This document shows positions 52,201 through 64,000 of a DNA stretch of 64,000 nt, one piece after another (the stretch's first letter is position 1; every line of letters starts with the position of its first letter). The translations under genes were made by a program, and so were the position numbers. The notes beneath the pieces were generated by a model. It had not been told where the DNA came from, did not search any database, and saw only the letters and a program-made list of their open reading frames with translations. Source of the DNA: Marsupella aquatica (Eukaryota; Plantae; Marchantiophyta). The stretch lies in contig OZ316898.1 of assembly GCA_973895155.1 (NCBI GenBank), positions 5,691,079 to 5,755,078 on the forward strand. The letters run 5' to 3'.

Positions 52201-54065
52201 TCCAATGTAGTGGCTAGGTCCGCAAGTGGGGCGTGGATATCTTCCAGCATGGCAAGCCTCTGATAAGTTGTACGGGTACTTACTACTAGTTGGTTGGAAG
52301 GGTTTAGGGTGGTGTTTGTTGTTTGTTTTTTTGGAGTGGTGCGTTCTCTGAGTCTCCTGCTCTAAACTTGGACTTGTTGTTTGCATCAATGTTTTCAGGT
52401 GCCCATGACCCGACTCAGAAAACGGGTGGCTACACGATTGAAGGACTCACAAAACACGTTTGCACTGCTGACTACATTTAATGAGATTGACATGTATGTA
52501 ATCAAGGTCTAGCAGGATGACTCATCTAGACAAAACTAGGCTTGGATGAGTACGAGTAAAAACAAGTTTCAAATTACTGTGTGCAGCAGCATGACAGGAA
52601 ATTGGGAAATTTTCGGAAAGAAGATGATGAACCATGAAGTCCCTCTGCTTGGCATGACAACCTTCAGTGTGCATTGAACTTAGCTTGACGCTGTATAGGC
52701 TGACGTCTCATTCGGAATGCAGGACAAATCTGATGGAGTTGCGGAGCCAATTTAAGGACGCATTCTTGGAAAAGCATGGCGTGAAACTCGGATTCATGTC
52801 AGGATTCGTGAAGGTACTGACTCCCTTTATTTGAAAATTATAGCTTGAACACTGGGAGAGACTGAGCTTAGGGTGCTAGCTAGTAAGGATTAATTTCAGT
52901 CCATGTTTTGAGATTTCTGTGATGTCATTTGTACTGTTTTCGTGTCCAGTTGTATTTTTGCGTCATGATTATCGCAATCATTCAGCTTTTCAGTCTACTC
53001 TGTCTGACAAGGTGAAGGTTTTTATTTCTCCACTTCAGATATATAAGTTGAATGGTTTCTTCTATGGGATGGATAAGAAAGTTATCTAGCGGCATTTCAT
53101 CGACCAGTTTCTGCCTTTACATGATCTTGATATGCACCATTGTCGGCTCATGTGCAGGCAGCCTGCAGTGCTCTAAAACAGCTTCCGGCTGTTAATGCTG
53201 TCATTGATGGGGATGATATTATCTATAGAGACTATGTTGATATCAGTATCGCTGTTGGGACTGAGAAGGTATACATTATTGACTTCGTTTTGTTACCGCT
53301 CATTGTGCTGAGGTGAATCTATTGGTTGGATAGCGATCTGGTGAGGTCTCTGTTACATGTTTTTTATATATTGAAGGTAGGAGGCGCAACTACAGGCATA
53401 AATCATACGTTGGAGGGACCTATCTGAAAAGCTGTGTGTTTCCTGCATTGAATTGTTGTTTGTGGTTGTGTACAGGGTTTGGTTGTCCCGGTTATTCGTG
53501 GCGCAGACAATCTAAATTTTGCAGAAATAGAAAAGACAATGAATATACTTGGGAAAAAAGCAAACAATGGAACTATTTCAATTGATGATATGGCAGGGGG
53601 AACTTTTACCATTTCAAATGGTGGTGTCTATGGAAGTCTTATCAGTACTCCCATAATTAACCCTCCTCAGGTGGCTAACTTACCCACGTGTCTAGTTGCA
53701 AAACAATGTTCTCTGATAGCTTGTTTTGTCACACTGTTAGAACGCACTCTGGACAAAATTACGTCGACTATCAGTAGGAAAATACATTAGAAGATGATAT
53801 TCAAAACTTTAGTGTTTTTCTCATTGGGGAGCTTTGCGTTGCGAGACCTGAGATGTCATGGCTGTCTTTGCAGTCGGCGATTTTGGGAATGCACTCCATT
53901 CAGAAACGGCCAGTCGTTGTTGGGAAGGACATCGTGGCAAGACCGATGATGTATGTTGCCTTGACTTATGACCACCGCCTTATTGATGGTAGAGAAGCGG
54001 TGCTCTTTCTCCGGGCAATCAAGGATATTGTAGAAGATCCTCGACGACTGCTCCTAGATCTCTGA
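49244..54065 (+). CDS. DLST: Dihydrolipoyllysine-residue succinyltransferase (E2 of 2-oxoglutarate dehydrogenase), mitochondrial; exons 49244-49330, 49876-49930, 50057-50084, 50459-50526, 51004-51075, 51241-51296, 51406-51450, 51650-51919, 52399-52493, 52723-52813, 53158-53268, 53476-53670, 53874-54065; ~454 aa
   Basis: R/S-rich presequence; lipoyl domain [21 protein letters not shown]; Pro/Ala linker; [20 protein letters not shown]; [30 protein letters not shown]; catalytic [12 protein letters not shown]; phases join to 1365 nt. Confidence 0.97.
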
Positions 54066-54849
54066 GGTACAGTACAACTTGGTTGTCAGCCCTGTTTTGT
54101 AGACTTGCTGAACCATCCAGTACATCAGCTGATGGTGCAGCGTATTGAAGGATTTGATGATACGCAATGAAGTCTCCAAGCCAACTTCATATTGATTCTT
54201 GGTAGAGGATCGTGCTTTTTGATCTATCGTGCTTCATTCTTATTTGTGCGCATGTGGAGTAGTCTTTCTATTTCTACTGTTGTGAGACCTATTCCGCGTA
54301 GCCAGTGGTTTTAAACATAAACCTCTGGTCTCTAAATGAGAGGTAGTTCATGTTTCCTGTAGCCTGAGCCATTCAGAAATCGAATTTGTATAGACTGGCA
54401 TTGATCGCCAGTGCCGCCAGGCAGGTTCCTGGCGATGTAAATACTTCCTTGCAGTACTTGTAGGAAGTTTTTTGCAGTCATTTTTTTGGATTCAGGAGAC
54501 TTTTTTGACCCATTGGCTGCAAAGTGTCATGACCTTTCGACATGGCTTCCTGGCAGTATCAGTAATTCACTGCAGTTGGAAGTTTGGCAGTAGGGTTTGG
54601 AGACAGCAGTTGTTTTTTTCCCACTTGGCTTAACGACGTCATTACTTTCGACATGGCTTGCGGCCAATCTACGTAGTTCCGGAAGGTTTGGCGGTTTTAT
54701 TCGGATATAGGCGATATTTACCAACTGGCTAATAAGTATCATCACATATGGAGGGTTCGCATTATTTTTCTGACAACTGTATGTCTATGAAGTGATTACT
54801 TGTATTGATAAGATTTCGATTAAGATAAATTGAATTTATTGATCAATCT

Positions 54850-55180
54850 TGAGCTTCTATGCAAGTTACACGGGGAGTCTATGCAAAATTGGTAGAGGTC
54901 TAATGCTTAAGGGCCGCCTTGCATGCAATCTGACCTTGTGAAATCAACCTGGAGCTCGTATGCAAGATGGTCCCTTTGTAGAGCTTACGCAAAACTGGTA
55001 GAGCCCCAATGCTTAACGTCCATCTTGCATGCTTTTGTGAGATCACCCTTGAGCATGAATGCAAGATGGTCTACTGGTGGAGAGTGTGCAAAACTGGTAC
55101 AAGTCCAAATCCCTTAAGGCCGTCTCGGCCATTTTGAAACTAATCCTGAGCCTGTATGCAAAATGATCCACATGTGGCTT
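54850..55180. repeat. Degenerate tandem repeat (tatgcaa / caaaactggta / gcttaa motifs)
   Basis: Motifs recur 3-4 times at ~100-bp spacing. Confidence 0.5.
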
Positions 55181-55529
55181 GAGCTTGTTCAAATCATTTT
55201 TTAGCGTTATATATGTGGGGAAAACCAACAGGCCGAAGTGAATAAAAGGGGGTGGGAAAAAATAAGAGAGAACGTCCAAAGGAGGCGGGGGGAAATACCA
55301 GCAGAGGAAGATGGGATGTAGGAATAAACAAAAGAACAAGTAAGCATGCTTGGAGAAAAGAAGCGGTGGGGCCTATACAGAAAGGCCAAAACTAAAACTA
55401 AATCCTGTTTGGAGAGTGGGAGCAGCAGGGCCAAGAATGGGGCCCCAAAACTGTTGCAAAAATCCAGATGAATTGGCAGCATAACATTTTCTACAAGCTA
55501 GAGATCACTTTAACTTCGGTCAGCAGAGG

Positions 55530-55648
55530 ACCCCTTCTAGCGCCTAATTGCCGAGTCCTAAGAAAGGAGAAATATGAGAGTCAAAGTAAGAACCCCTTCT
55601 AGCGCCTAATTGCAGAGTCCCAAGAAAAGGAGGAATATGAGTATCAAA
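55530..55648. repeat. ~62-bp tandem duplication
   Basis: accccttctagcgcctaattgc.gagtcc.aagaaa...atatgag..tcaaa occurs twice. Confidence 0.8.
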
Positions 55649-56399
55649 TTGTGTTACTATTTATTTATGGAGGGGGTTCACTTAGTGTATGTGGGGGATA
55701 TTCCATATATGTGATCCCTCCCCCTGATAAGTGCTGGTCATGCTAACTACAAAATAGCAGAAACCACTCCTGATCGAAGAAAATATTTTCATGATGTTTT
55801 GAGTGGTCTGTTCTCTAATAAGACTTTTTCAAAAACAAAATTATATATATATAGTACCCCTGTTATCAATATTCAACAGGGGTACTTCAAGTAGGTCCGA
55901 ATAGCAGCGTTATAAAAAAAAAACTAAGTGAAACCCCCCCCCTCCCCAAGAGGTTAAGGCCTTGCAATTATCCATGGCTCACACTAAGGTCTGTGATCAA
56001 GGCTTTAGGGCAACGGTTAGAATAAACCTACCTGCCAAATTGTAACAAACCATAGATAGAAGTCATCTATGGCCTTAGTAGGTAAGTCCAAGTGGCTGTG
56101 TAGCATAGCACCACAACATCGCATGACCCCACAAAAACAGAAGATAAACCAGAATAAGATCAATCAACAAACACGTGTAATCAAGCCTATGGGAAAAGAT
56201 TGCATCTAAGATTGTCTAGCACAACCCAGATTGAATCCCAAACGCTGTGTAGTGTATCACCAAAGCAAACATTTCAAAGCCCATTGAAAAGTTTGCTGAG
56301 ATTCCATCTAGGTTGAAAATTCCATCCAAACACCTTGGACTACGTTAGATGTCATGGGACTATGAGAAGAATAAGTTTTCAAATTTAATCATATCAAAT

Positions 56400-57200
56400 G
56401 TGAGATGATGACAGCAATGACAACATTTGGGTTGAGAATCACACCAATAGTTTCATATTGACATGTGTGAATGTGTTCTTTTGGTGCTTTGTTCCAAGGA
56501 GCATAAATAGCACAAAATACTGGAGAATAGCCGGGTATCTCCCAAGCTTGGATGGACTGGCACCGAATGGCTAAAGACTCCAGTAGTATCTTTTTTAAGG
56601 TTTGTATTGAAATCTGTAAGTGAGCCCCTGCCTGTTGCACGCGGTTTTAATTATTTACTTCCCCTTGTGATAAGTTGTTCCCCATGCCCACACTACTTGG
56701 GATATCCTAAAACTGAAACGTCCTTTTGGAAAGTGATAAATAGTGGCTCATGTGTGGCTGGTGAACTACTCATAGCGTCCCAAAGGAAGCAAATTACCTA
56801 AGAAAAAATCTCAAACTTAGTGAGGTAGTAGATTGGTCATCAGAGAACATGCTGGAAGAATCTGAGATTCAAAAGGATCCAAAAAAATGTCCATAGAAAT
56901 GCACAAACTTGCCAAAAACCAGCTTATTCGAGTTGGCCGGGGTGTCTGGAAAAATTAACTGTGTATCATCAGCAAAAGTGAAGCATCTTTCCAAAAGCAG
57001 TGCACCACTATTTCCAAATGTAAATTGACTGATGACTTTGCGCAGTCCATCACAATGGACAGAACAAAGCCCTTGGTCCATCCAAGCTTCATATTCCAAA
57101 TACTCCCTCCAAGGACAATATTATGCCAACTCAACAAAAATTAAGGATGAGAGGTAAGATAAAGGCAGACTCCAACCTCCCCTGCTACCAGTTACCCTAG
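56400..57200 (-). mobile_element. Degenerate LINE (L1-like) reverse-transcriptase fragment
   Basis: FTFADDTQL motif in ORF 56869-57099; surrounding frames broken; boundaries approximate. Confidence 0.45.
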
Positions 57201-59890
57201 TATTGGAAGAGATACTAGGAGGAGTCGAGTTGAATATTGACCACGCCTTGGGTCAGTGGCAGACAGATGAGTGGGGCAGGCCAGGTCTGATGATTGAATC
57301 ATGTTGGAGGTGTTCATTCTTTTAGTACAAATCCCAATAGCTTTTGACGCTTAGAAAATGACATACTTCACGCCTTGCAGGCAGCAAACAATGAGGGCCG
57401 TGTGCAGCCAGTGCTTGAGGCCCATTAATGGCCTCGAGTCTGCCTTTCATCCTTCAGAATGGACCTCATCCAGCCTGCTTTTCCATGGTGAGCCTTCGCT
57501 ACCAAGGCACATGCTTATAGAGAACAGATCTTGTCAGAAGCCATGTGTTTATCAAACTTGGAGTTTCACTAAGTGCATATTTTTTGATACCACATGTGAT
57601 CATAGATTAAGTTAAATACCCATATGTTTTAAGATTTTTTTTTAGAAATACTAATTATTGTCACTTCTAATGATCTATTTCTGTCTTTGAAAGTATATAT
57701 TAAGGACAAAATCCATCCTGCAGGAATGAATCATCTGCTTTCACTCGAAGTGCATCTTTCTGTGACCCTGACATCTTGGCCTGACATGCACTGACTCCAA
57801 CTTGTCCTCAGCTGACACAAGGGTTTAGGTTACTATGGGGGGTTCCTGCCCCACCCTCCCTGATGCAAAGCCTGCCTCGCCCGTGGTGCCCTGCATGAGC
57901 AAGTGAGGGCTGGGCTCTAAGGGTGGGGGACGAAAGGGCAAGGTTGGGGGGGAAGGACAATGGGGAGAGGGCGTTGAAGAGTGAGGGAGGGAGAGCAGGA
58001 GGAGAGAAGGGGAGGGAAGGCTGCGAGGGAGGGAAAAAGAGAAAAAAATCTCCCTAAACGTAGCACGGTGTGAATGTGCTTGTCCCTACAATGCCCAGTC
58101 CCCATTGCTTGTCTTGCACTTGACCCAACCTTCCCGTGCCCTTCCCACCAACGGCACTTTCACAACAGCAACATTGACCAATGACTACATGGCCTCAAAG
58201 ATTGCATGACTGCAATGATAACATGGCAACAACAACAATTGAGCAAGGCATGGGCATTGAGCTAGTAGACTTATATCTAGAGTCTTAACTATTGAATAAA
58301 CAACTGCACTCATATGACAACATGCACATGTAAAACAGCTACTAAACACACAAATGGTCGACACATGAAATAGGTGGTTCACCTCACCAAGTTTACATTC
58401 AAGAAAACACACAAGAGAACTTTCATGAACTCTAGGTCCATTTAGCTATACTGAGTCTCCACTTATTAAGCTCTCCCTATCTCTCAACTGGCACATCCTC
58501 CCTCAACCAAACACCTGACCATGGTTATGTTGAGTATTGCTCTTAGTCTTGTGACTCTAGAGCTAACCGTAGTTAGGCTAACTCAAGTTAGGACTTAGCT
58601 TAGGTTAGCAGTGATGCATGCTGTATATAACCAGGGCTGATGCCAGCCCCTAGTGGATCGTCATTGTTGGAGTGGAGCAAGAGAGAAGTAAAAGTCTCTT
58701 GCTTTCCCGTGGACATAGCCTCAGTCGTGAGGTGAACCACGTACTCATTGTGTCGATGTCACTTGCCTATCCAACGATTAATACTTGTGAACCATACTTT
58801 TCTTGGCTTAAACCGTTGGTATCGTATTATGGGGTCGTGAAGGGACGCTATTTGGAGGATTTCCACATCTAAGAATGAGTATGTTTGATTCCGTTCTCGA
58901 AAGTGTACTTTTTGATCAAGTCTACCGACTAGTCTCTCTGTTTTTGATCAAGTCCAAGGGACTGGCCCTACCATCTACAACTCATGCCCGCGGGTGAGTG
59001 CTGTCACCACTCCCTTCTCATGGGCAGGCATACAAACATTTATGATAAGATTTGAACACTAGTGACAAGGGCAAATGTTTCCACAACAAAACCGACCACA
59101 TGCACTAGGGGAGGAAAACAAACAACACAAGCAACAACAAGTGACACACAAAATATCGGAACCTCAAGCCAAATTCATATCTCTTGGTGTTTCCCGTAAC
59201 ACATGCAAGGACAACCCGACCTCCTGCCTCCCTGGGACAAGTACTACGTTCTCCACCTCACTACTCTAGCTTGAACTTCTCCTAATCGGTGTGCTACTCA
59301 CCAAAGCTACTCAAAAGCATCAAAACACTACACTGAGTTTACCCCCCCCCTCATTCACAACGGGGCTTCCCCCTAAATACTGGAAACAAACACCAAAGCA
59401 CCCCTCACGGGGTCACAAAGATGGCGACTACCCCAGCGGCGCCACTAAAACCCTTCACAAAGAAATTCTTAATCCTAAAGCATGCGGCACGCACATGCTC
59501 CTAAAATCCAAATCTAACTATGGGACTGCCGGTGCCTTCGACAGCGCCCCATAACATCGCTCCGTGAACTGCAAAAATGCAAGGGACCTCACAATTGCCA
59601 AAACTAAGTGCCACTCTGATTGCACCTCTGAGCTCACCCCTGGGTAGCCCCCCTGATCATGAATCACCAAACCTCTCCCAAAACGGACGTCGGACGACCA
59701 AGTTATGGACGTTTTAGTTTCACGTACTTACCAACTTCGTCGGGCCCTAACTTACTCATCCTGCTCCATTTGAGGAGCGTCGCCTCTTGTTGGAATCAAC
59801 TCCGAGAGCTCTTTCCATCAAGCCCGTGAGTGCCCACTTCCAAAAAGTTTCAAAATGTAGAGGTCGTACGACCAAGTCCGTATGGCTACC

Positions 59891-61935
59891 CTAGTCCTCC
59901 TCCTCCTCACTCACAGTGCCCTGGCTTGAGCCCCGTGAGTTGGTCTCCTCATCGCTCTCAATTGGAGTGGAGACCGTTCCGCTTCTCTCTTCTTCACCGG
60001 TGTACTCCTCCCGCTAGTGCTCCATTGCTTCCTCAACGCCGCCAAGGCTTGCCAAGCCTTGATATACCCCTCACCAATGGTGTCCTTCCACAAGGAAGTC
60101 TCCTCCCCGGATTGCAACTCCAACAGTAAAACCTGTCCGGTGGCCATGGAAGTCACTGGTGTCACAGATCTGGGCGGCATCCCCGGGGTTCCCGTATTGA
60201 CTTGGGCCTCCCTTAACGACTTACGTACCTCCTTGAGCTTCTTCTCTAAGCTCTTATTCTTCCCTTGATTCTTCTTGGTTGCGTCCAACAGGGGATCGTA
60301 CTTCTTACTTACTTCCGTCACCACCATCTCAATGGCTTTGGAGACCAGGTCAGGGGAAAGCGTGGAGCTAGGTGGGCAGGGACTCTTCCGTTTCCCCAGA
60401 CTCAAGGCCTCACTCCTCTTGGCACTAGTCTCAAAGATCCCCAGCTGACTCCGTAGTTCTGCAACCTGGCCTCTTAATCTCCTCACTTCTCCTGAGTTCT
60501 GCTTCTCTTTGGCCAATGCTTCTCTCAGCACTCCAACTTCCTCCGCTTCTTTGGCCTTGGTAGACAAGGCCCCCCTCAAGTGAGAAATCTCCACTTGAGC
60601 CGCATGGAGAAGCTTGGCCTTCTCTTGTATGGCCTCCTCCTTAGCTTGGATCACCTCCTTCATTGACGTGGCACCCTGTTGCAATGTTTCCACCCTTGTG
60701 TTGGCCTGCTTGAGTGCATCTCTCAATGTGTGGGCTAGCTTGAGCCCCTCATGGACCCCTTCACGAAAATCCCATAATTCCGCCAAGTATACCATTGGAA
60801 TGTCGTAAGTAAGGGGCTCCTCTGGGTTCCCACCAGAGATTCAAGCCACTCCAACGTGTAATCCTCATCCTGGATGTCTTCCTCAACTTGACTGTCTCTC
60901 GTTCCTACTGACACTGCTAGCACCTCCGTTAGTTTCCCCAAGATGGTAGTGGCAATGTTGCGGATCTCCATGGTAAGAGGTGGCCCAGCTTCTTCAGGTC
61001 CCGGGGAGGCAATCAATCCTTTTGCCCTAGCCAACAAAAATGATCCCATCAAATGCAAAGCTCCCCCCGGTTTCAGACTCTTGGGCTCAGCGGCCAATAG
61101 CTTTGTCAATCAGTAGTACCACCATCCGTAAGCATGGGCTGGATATTTCCTAATATCCAGAGCAATTATGAAATGCTCCCCATTCACTACTCCGGATTGC
61201 ACATTACCGAGGACCCGTTGATGAACCTTGGCCATAAATCCCTTGTGTGCTGCATCCTTGACGGTCGAGAGATGAATGGCCATGGTGGAGGTGAGATTGT
61301 TCACCCAACAGGCCACCATTGTCAACGTGAGATCCTCAATTATGTTCCGAGGGCTGAATGAGAACTGTTGGTTCTCCAGAAACAAAAGCTAAGCTAATTT
61401 GGCATGAGGCACCAACCGCTGAATACATGCAAAATAAATCCCCGCAATGTGCAATTCCATTCCAGCCTCTAGGTCCCAACTCTTCCCCGAAGGGATTCTA
61501 ATCTCTACCCTCATGAAGTCGGTGAGCCCGGTGGCTTGGAACATAGCCTTGCAATCCTCCATCACCTTGGCAGAGGTCCTGGGGTAAATTCGACAAAAAA
61601 CCTTCCTCATAACCGGTGCGGGACTTGCTGCCGGTGCAGTGCTCATTGCTGCCATTCTTTCTTCTCTTTCCTCAAACCTCAATTAGTATCGCAATGTACT
61701 CACGGTAAGCGGCCTTGTATCTACAAATGCGAGCCACCCTGAACTCAGGCTGATCAAGCATTCATGCTCCTGAAAAAATCCCCAATCACCAAATCCCGTC
61801 ACCACATTCAAATCCTGGCCCAAACGGCCCCCATATCACGATCAAGAACCCCCCTCAATTTCCCCAGAAGTCACTTAGTGCCGTCGCCGCTAATGTTTGG
61901 AAAACGTGAGCCCCCAAGCTCCCACAATCAACCAT
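59891..61935 (-). pseudogene. LTR-internal ORF of unknown function, copy 2 (~680 codons: globular N-half, long coiled coil, basic/acidic tail)
   Basis: Consecutive fragments 61389-61682, 61110-61385, 60735-61109 and 59911-60795 separated by single stops or frameshifts; protein-level conservation with copy 1. Confidence 0.72.
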
Positions 61936-62169
61936 GAGAGAGCTTCAAAAATAATTGCAAGAGGTGGAGAGAGCTTTCGGAATTGGGGAAATTGCTTTCG
62001 GCAATGAGGGCAAAGTGCTTTCGGTAAAGGGAGGAGTCGCGCGCGGAGAAAGAAGAGAAGGGAGAAAAAAACAACCAATACACGGAAAGGAAAGGAAACT
62101 CCTTCCTTCCACTTTCCCATCATTTTTTCCCTCTCGCCTCGCGCCTCGCGCCCCGGCTCACGGCCCTAT

Positions 62170-62474
62170 CCCGGGGTCCTCACTTCTTTTCTTCCGACCC
62201 ATCACCCGCAAATAAGTATAGGGTTTTTTATTGGGTTTAGTGAAATACTTTTAAATTTCTGTTGAAGAACATTAGGGTTATTTTAATCCAATTTTGAGAA
62301 TTATAAGAATCATACGGTTTTTTAAATCAAATATGGGAATATTCTTGGAATATTCTATTAAGTTAGGGGTTTAAAAATTACTAAAAAAAACTTTATTGAC
62401 TTAACTTTTAGGGTGTTTATTCCCCCAAAACTTCGAGCGTGATATGGGACACCCCTTGGATTGAGGCCCCCGAG
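62170..62474. mobile_element. MITE of the same family as 37028-37337, opposite orientation (305 bp)
   Basis: TIR cccggggtcctca / tgaggcccccgag; 8-bp TSD GGCCCTAT (62162-62169, 62475-62482); shared internal gaatattc..ggaatattc and aaaattggattaaaa..accctaat motifs; empty site in copy 1 at ~38673. Confidence 0.85.
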
Positions 62475-64000
62475 GGCCCTATGCAGGGCTCGTGCATGCC
62501 AACACGCGGCTGTCACCTTGCGCCTCGCTCGCCATGCCCCCCCTCACTACCGGCTTGCGGGAGCGCCTCACGCGCCCCGGCTCCTCCTCTTTTTGCCCCC
62601 CGGCTGCCTGCCTTATGTCGGGGGTTTAATTCCCCTTTCTTTTCTCCGCACGCTCGCTCCCCCCGGTTTCCCTCACGGCTGCTTCGCGCTATGCTGGTGG
62701 CTTGCGTCCCTATGCAGGGCTCGCCGCACCCGACCACTTTGTGCTGGGGAATTTAACCCCCCCTCCCGACAGCCTTCCTTAGTGCTCTGCAGACGCGCGC
62801 CTCCCTATGCAAGGGGGCTCGCCTCGCCCCGGCAGTCTCCCTTCATACTCACGGGGGCCTCTTTGGGTTATTTTACCCCCCTTTCCCCCTTTTTAACCCC
62901 TCTCTGCGCGCTGCCCTGCGCCTGCCTTGCGCCTCCCTGCGCCTCGTTCGCAGCCCGGCAGTCTCCCTTCGCCTGCCCTCGCGGTAGCACTTAGGCATTA
63001 AGCAAAAAAAACACCCCCCTTATACACCCTCCTTGGTTACAAGGGGGTCCCCCCTAAAGTGGGCTTCGGCCTGCTTCCCTATGCAGGGGGCTCACCTCCC
63101 GGGCGCCATCGGGCCACCTCCTCCTTACCACTCGCGGTAGTACTTCTTCGCGCACTGCCTTCGGCCCAAAAAATTAAAAAAACTCCCCCGTAACCTAGTT
63201 GTTTACAAAGGATTTCTTTTTGTTTTGTTTATACCCCCTTTACCCTAAAACTTAAAGTTCCTCTGCTTAGACCTTGCTATTGGGGTCTCAAAAATAGTCC
63301 AAGGTAAACGGTAAATCCTACCATTGCACGTTAGGTCGCCGTAAACCTTAGAACTATTATGAGAGAAAAACAAGTAAAGTCCTCCGTGGCATTTCCAACT
63401 TATAATGACGGAATTAACTCAAAAAATAAAAAAACTGCTTATTTACAATTGTTATTTACATGGCACAACCCCGGTAAACAGTTATCGAGGATTTTCAGTG
63501 ATGGGAACCCCGTCACAGTTGACTACTTTGTATGGTGTTCACATGTGCATGGTGTCTCAGGATAAGGATTATCCCCAACGGGATAGATTAACTGCAGTGA
63601 CAAAAAAACTCTAGACCTAAAACTAACTAGACTCCATGGTTACCTTAACCATAGTTACCGTATAGGATAACTCGGACGGAGACTATACAAAGAGATGCAC
63701 CCATTCATTCTATAGAGAGGAATCTCATTATCATTTCCCGCATCATTCCTCAACACGTTATCACCACGACTCTATACTAGTTGAGCTTGATCATGAATTT
63801 TTTTTAGGAATTTCCCTATGGCTATGATGAATGAATGTTCTCTTAAGGATTTCCAAGTTATGGAGGAGAATTGAATTGGGAGTGAGAAGGCTAGTAGTTT
63901 GAACCACCAAGAGAACATGAGTCACGTTGAAGCAACGACAGGATGTAGCATTATGGTCGCGCCGAGAGCAAGCTTATGAAGGCTGTGATATGATCAAAAG

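Larger units (their letters stand above)
58757..63517 (-). mobile_element. Long Ty3/Gypsy-type solo LTR, copy 2 (4761 bp), with an internal decayed ORF
   Basis: TGTCAC...GTCACA ends; 5-bp TSD GTCGA/GTTGA (CpG decay); collinear with 35716-39748. Confidence 0.85.
58528..63559 (+). mobile_element. Short Copia-type solo LTR (~270 bp) split by the Gypsy solo LTR
   Basis: Starts TGTTGAG; TATATAA at ~58624; U5-like cccgtggacatagcc...gaaccacgta; resumes 63523-63559 and ends CA; flanks GGTTA/GGATA (1 mismatch). Confidence 0.55.

Overview
Eukaryotic nuclear DNA from a land plant; a bryophyte or other non-seed plant is my inference from gene structure and TE content. Three intact multi-exon host genes: a TEX2-like SMP-domain lipid-transfer protein (- strand, 7 exons, ~852 aa), an At1g04390-like ARM/BTB-POZ protein (+, 8 exons, ~1091 aa) and mitochondrial 2-oxoglutarate dehydrogenase E2/DLST (+, 13 exons, ~454 aa). 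Much of the rest is transposon-derived. The strongest novelty candidate is an 8.2-kb Mutator-like element (11485-19698; perfect 34-bp TIRs, perfect 9-bp TSD). Its spliced MuDR/DDE/SWIM transposase converges on a tightly packed, intronless three-gene cassette: an eIF4E-fold DUF1917/C11orf68 homologue, an F-box protein starting 1 nt after that stop, and an RPA70C-like OB-fold/coiled-coil protein. GCAGC-rich arrays lie inside both ends. Also notable: two 4.0/4.8-kb Ty3/Gypsy-type solo LTRs of one family carrying a decayed ~680-codon ORF inside the LTR, each independently hit by the same 8-bp-TSD MITE family; a 137-bp solo LTR containing a tRNA-derived Pol III promoter (Helenus-type TRIM); a CACTA derivative; several MITEs; a 73-bp-arm hairpin; and an intronless pseudogene. 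Protein family calls come from motif recognition by eye, not database searches.
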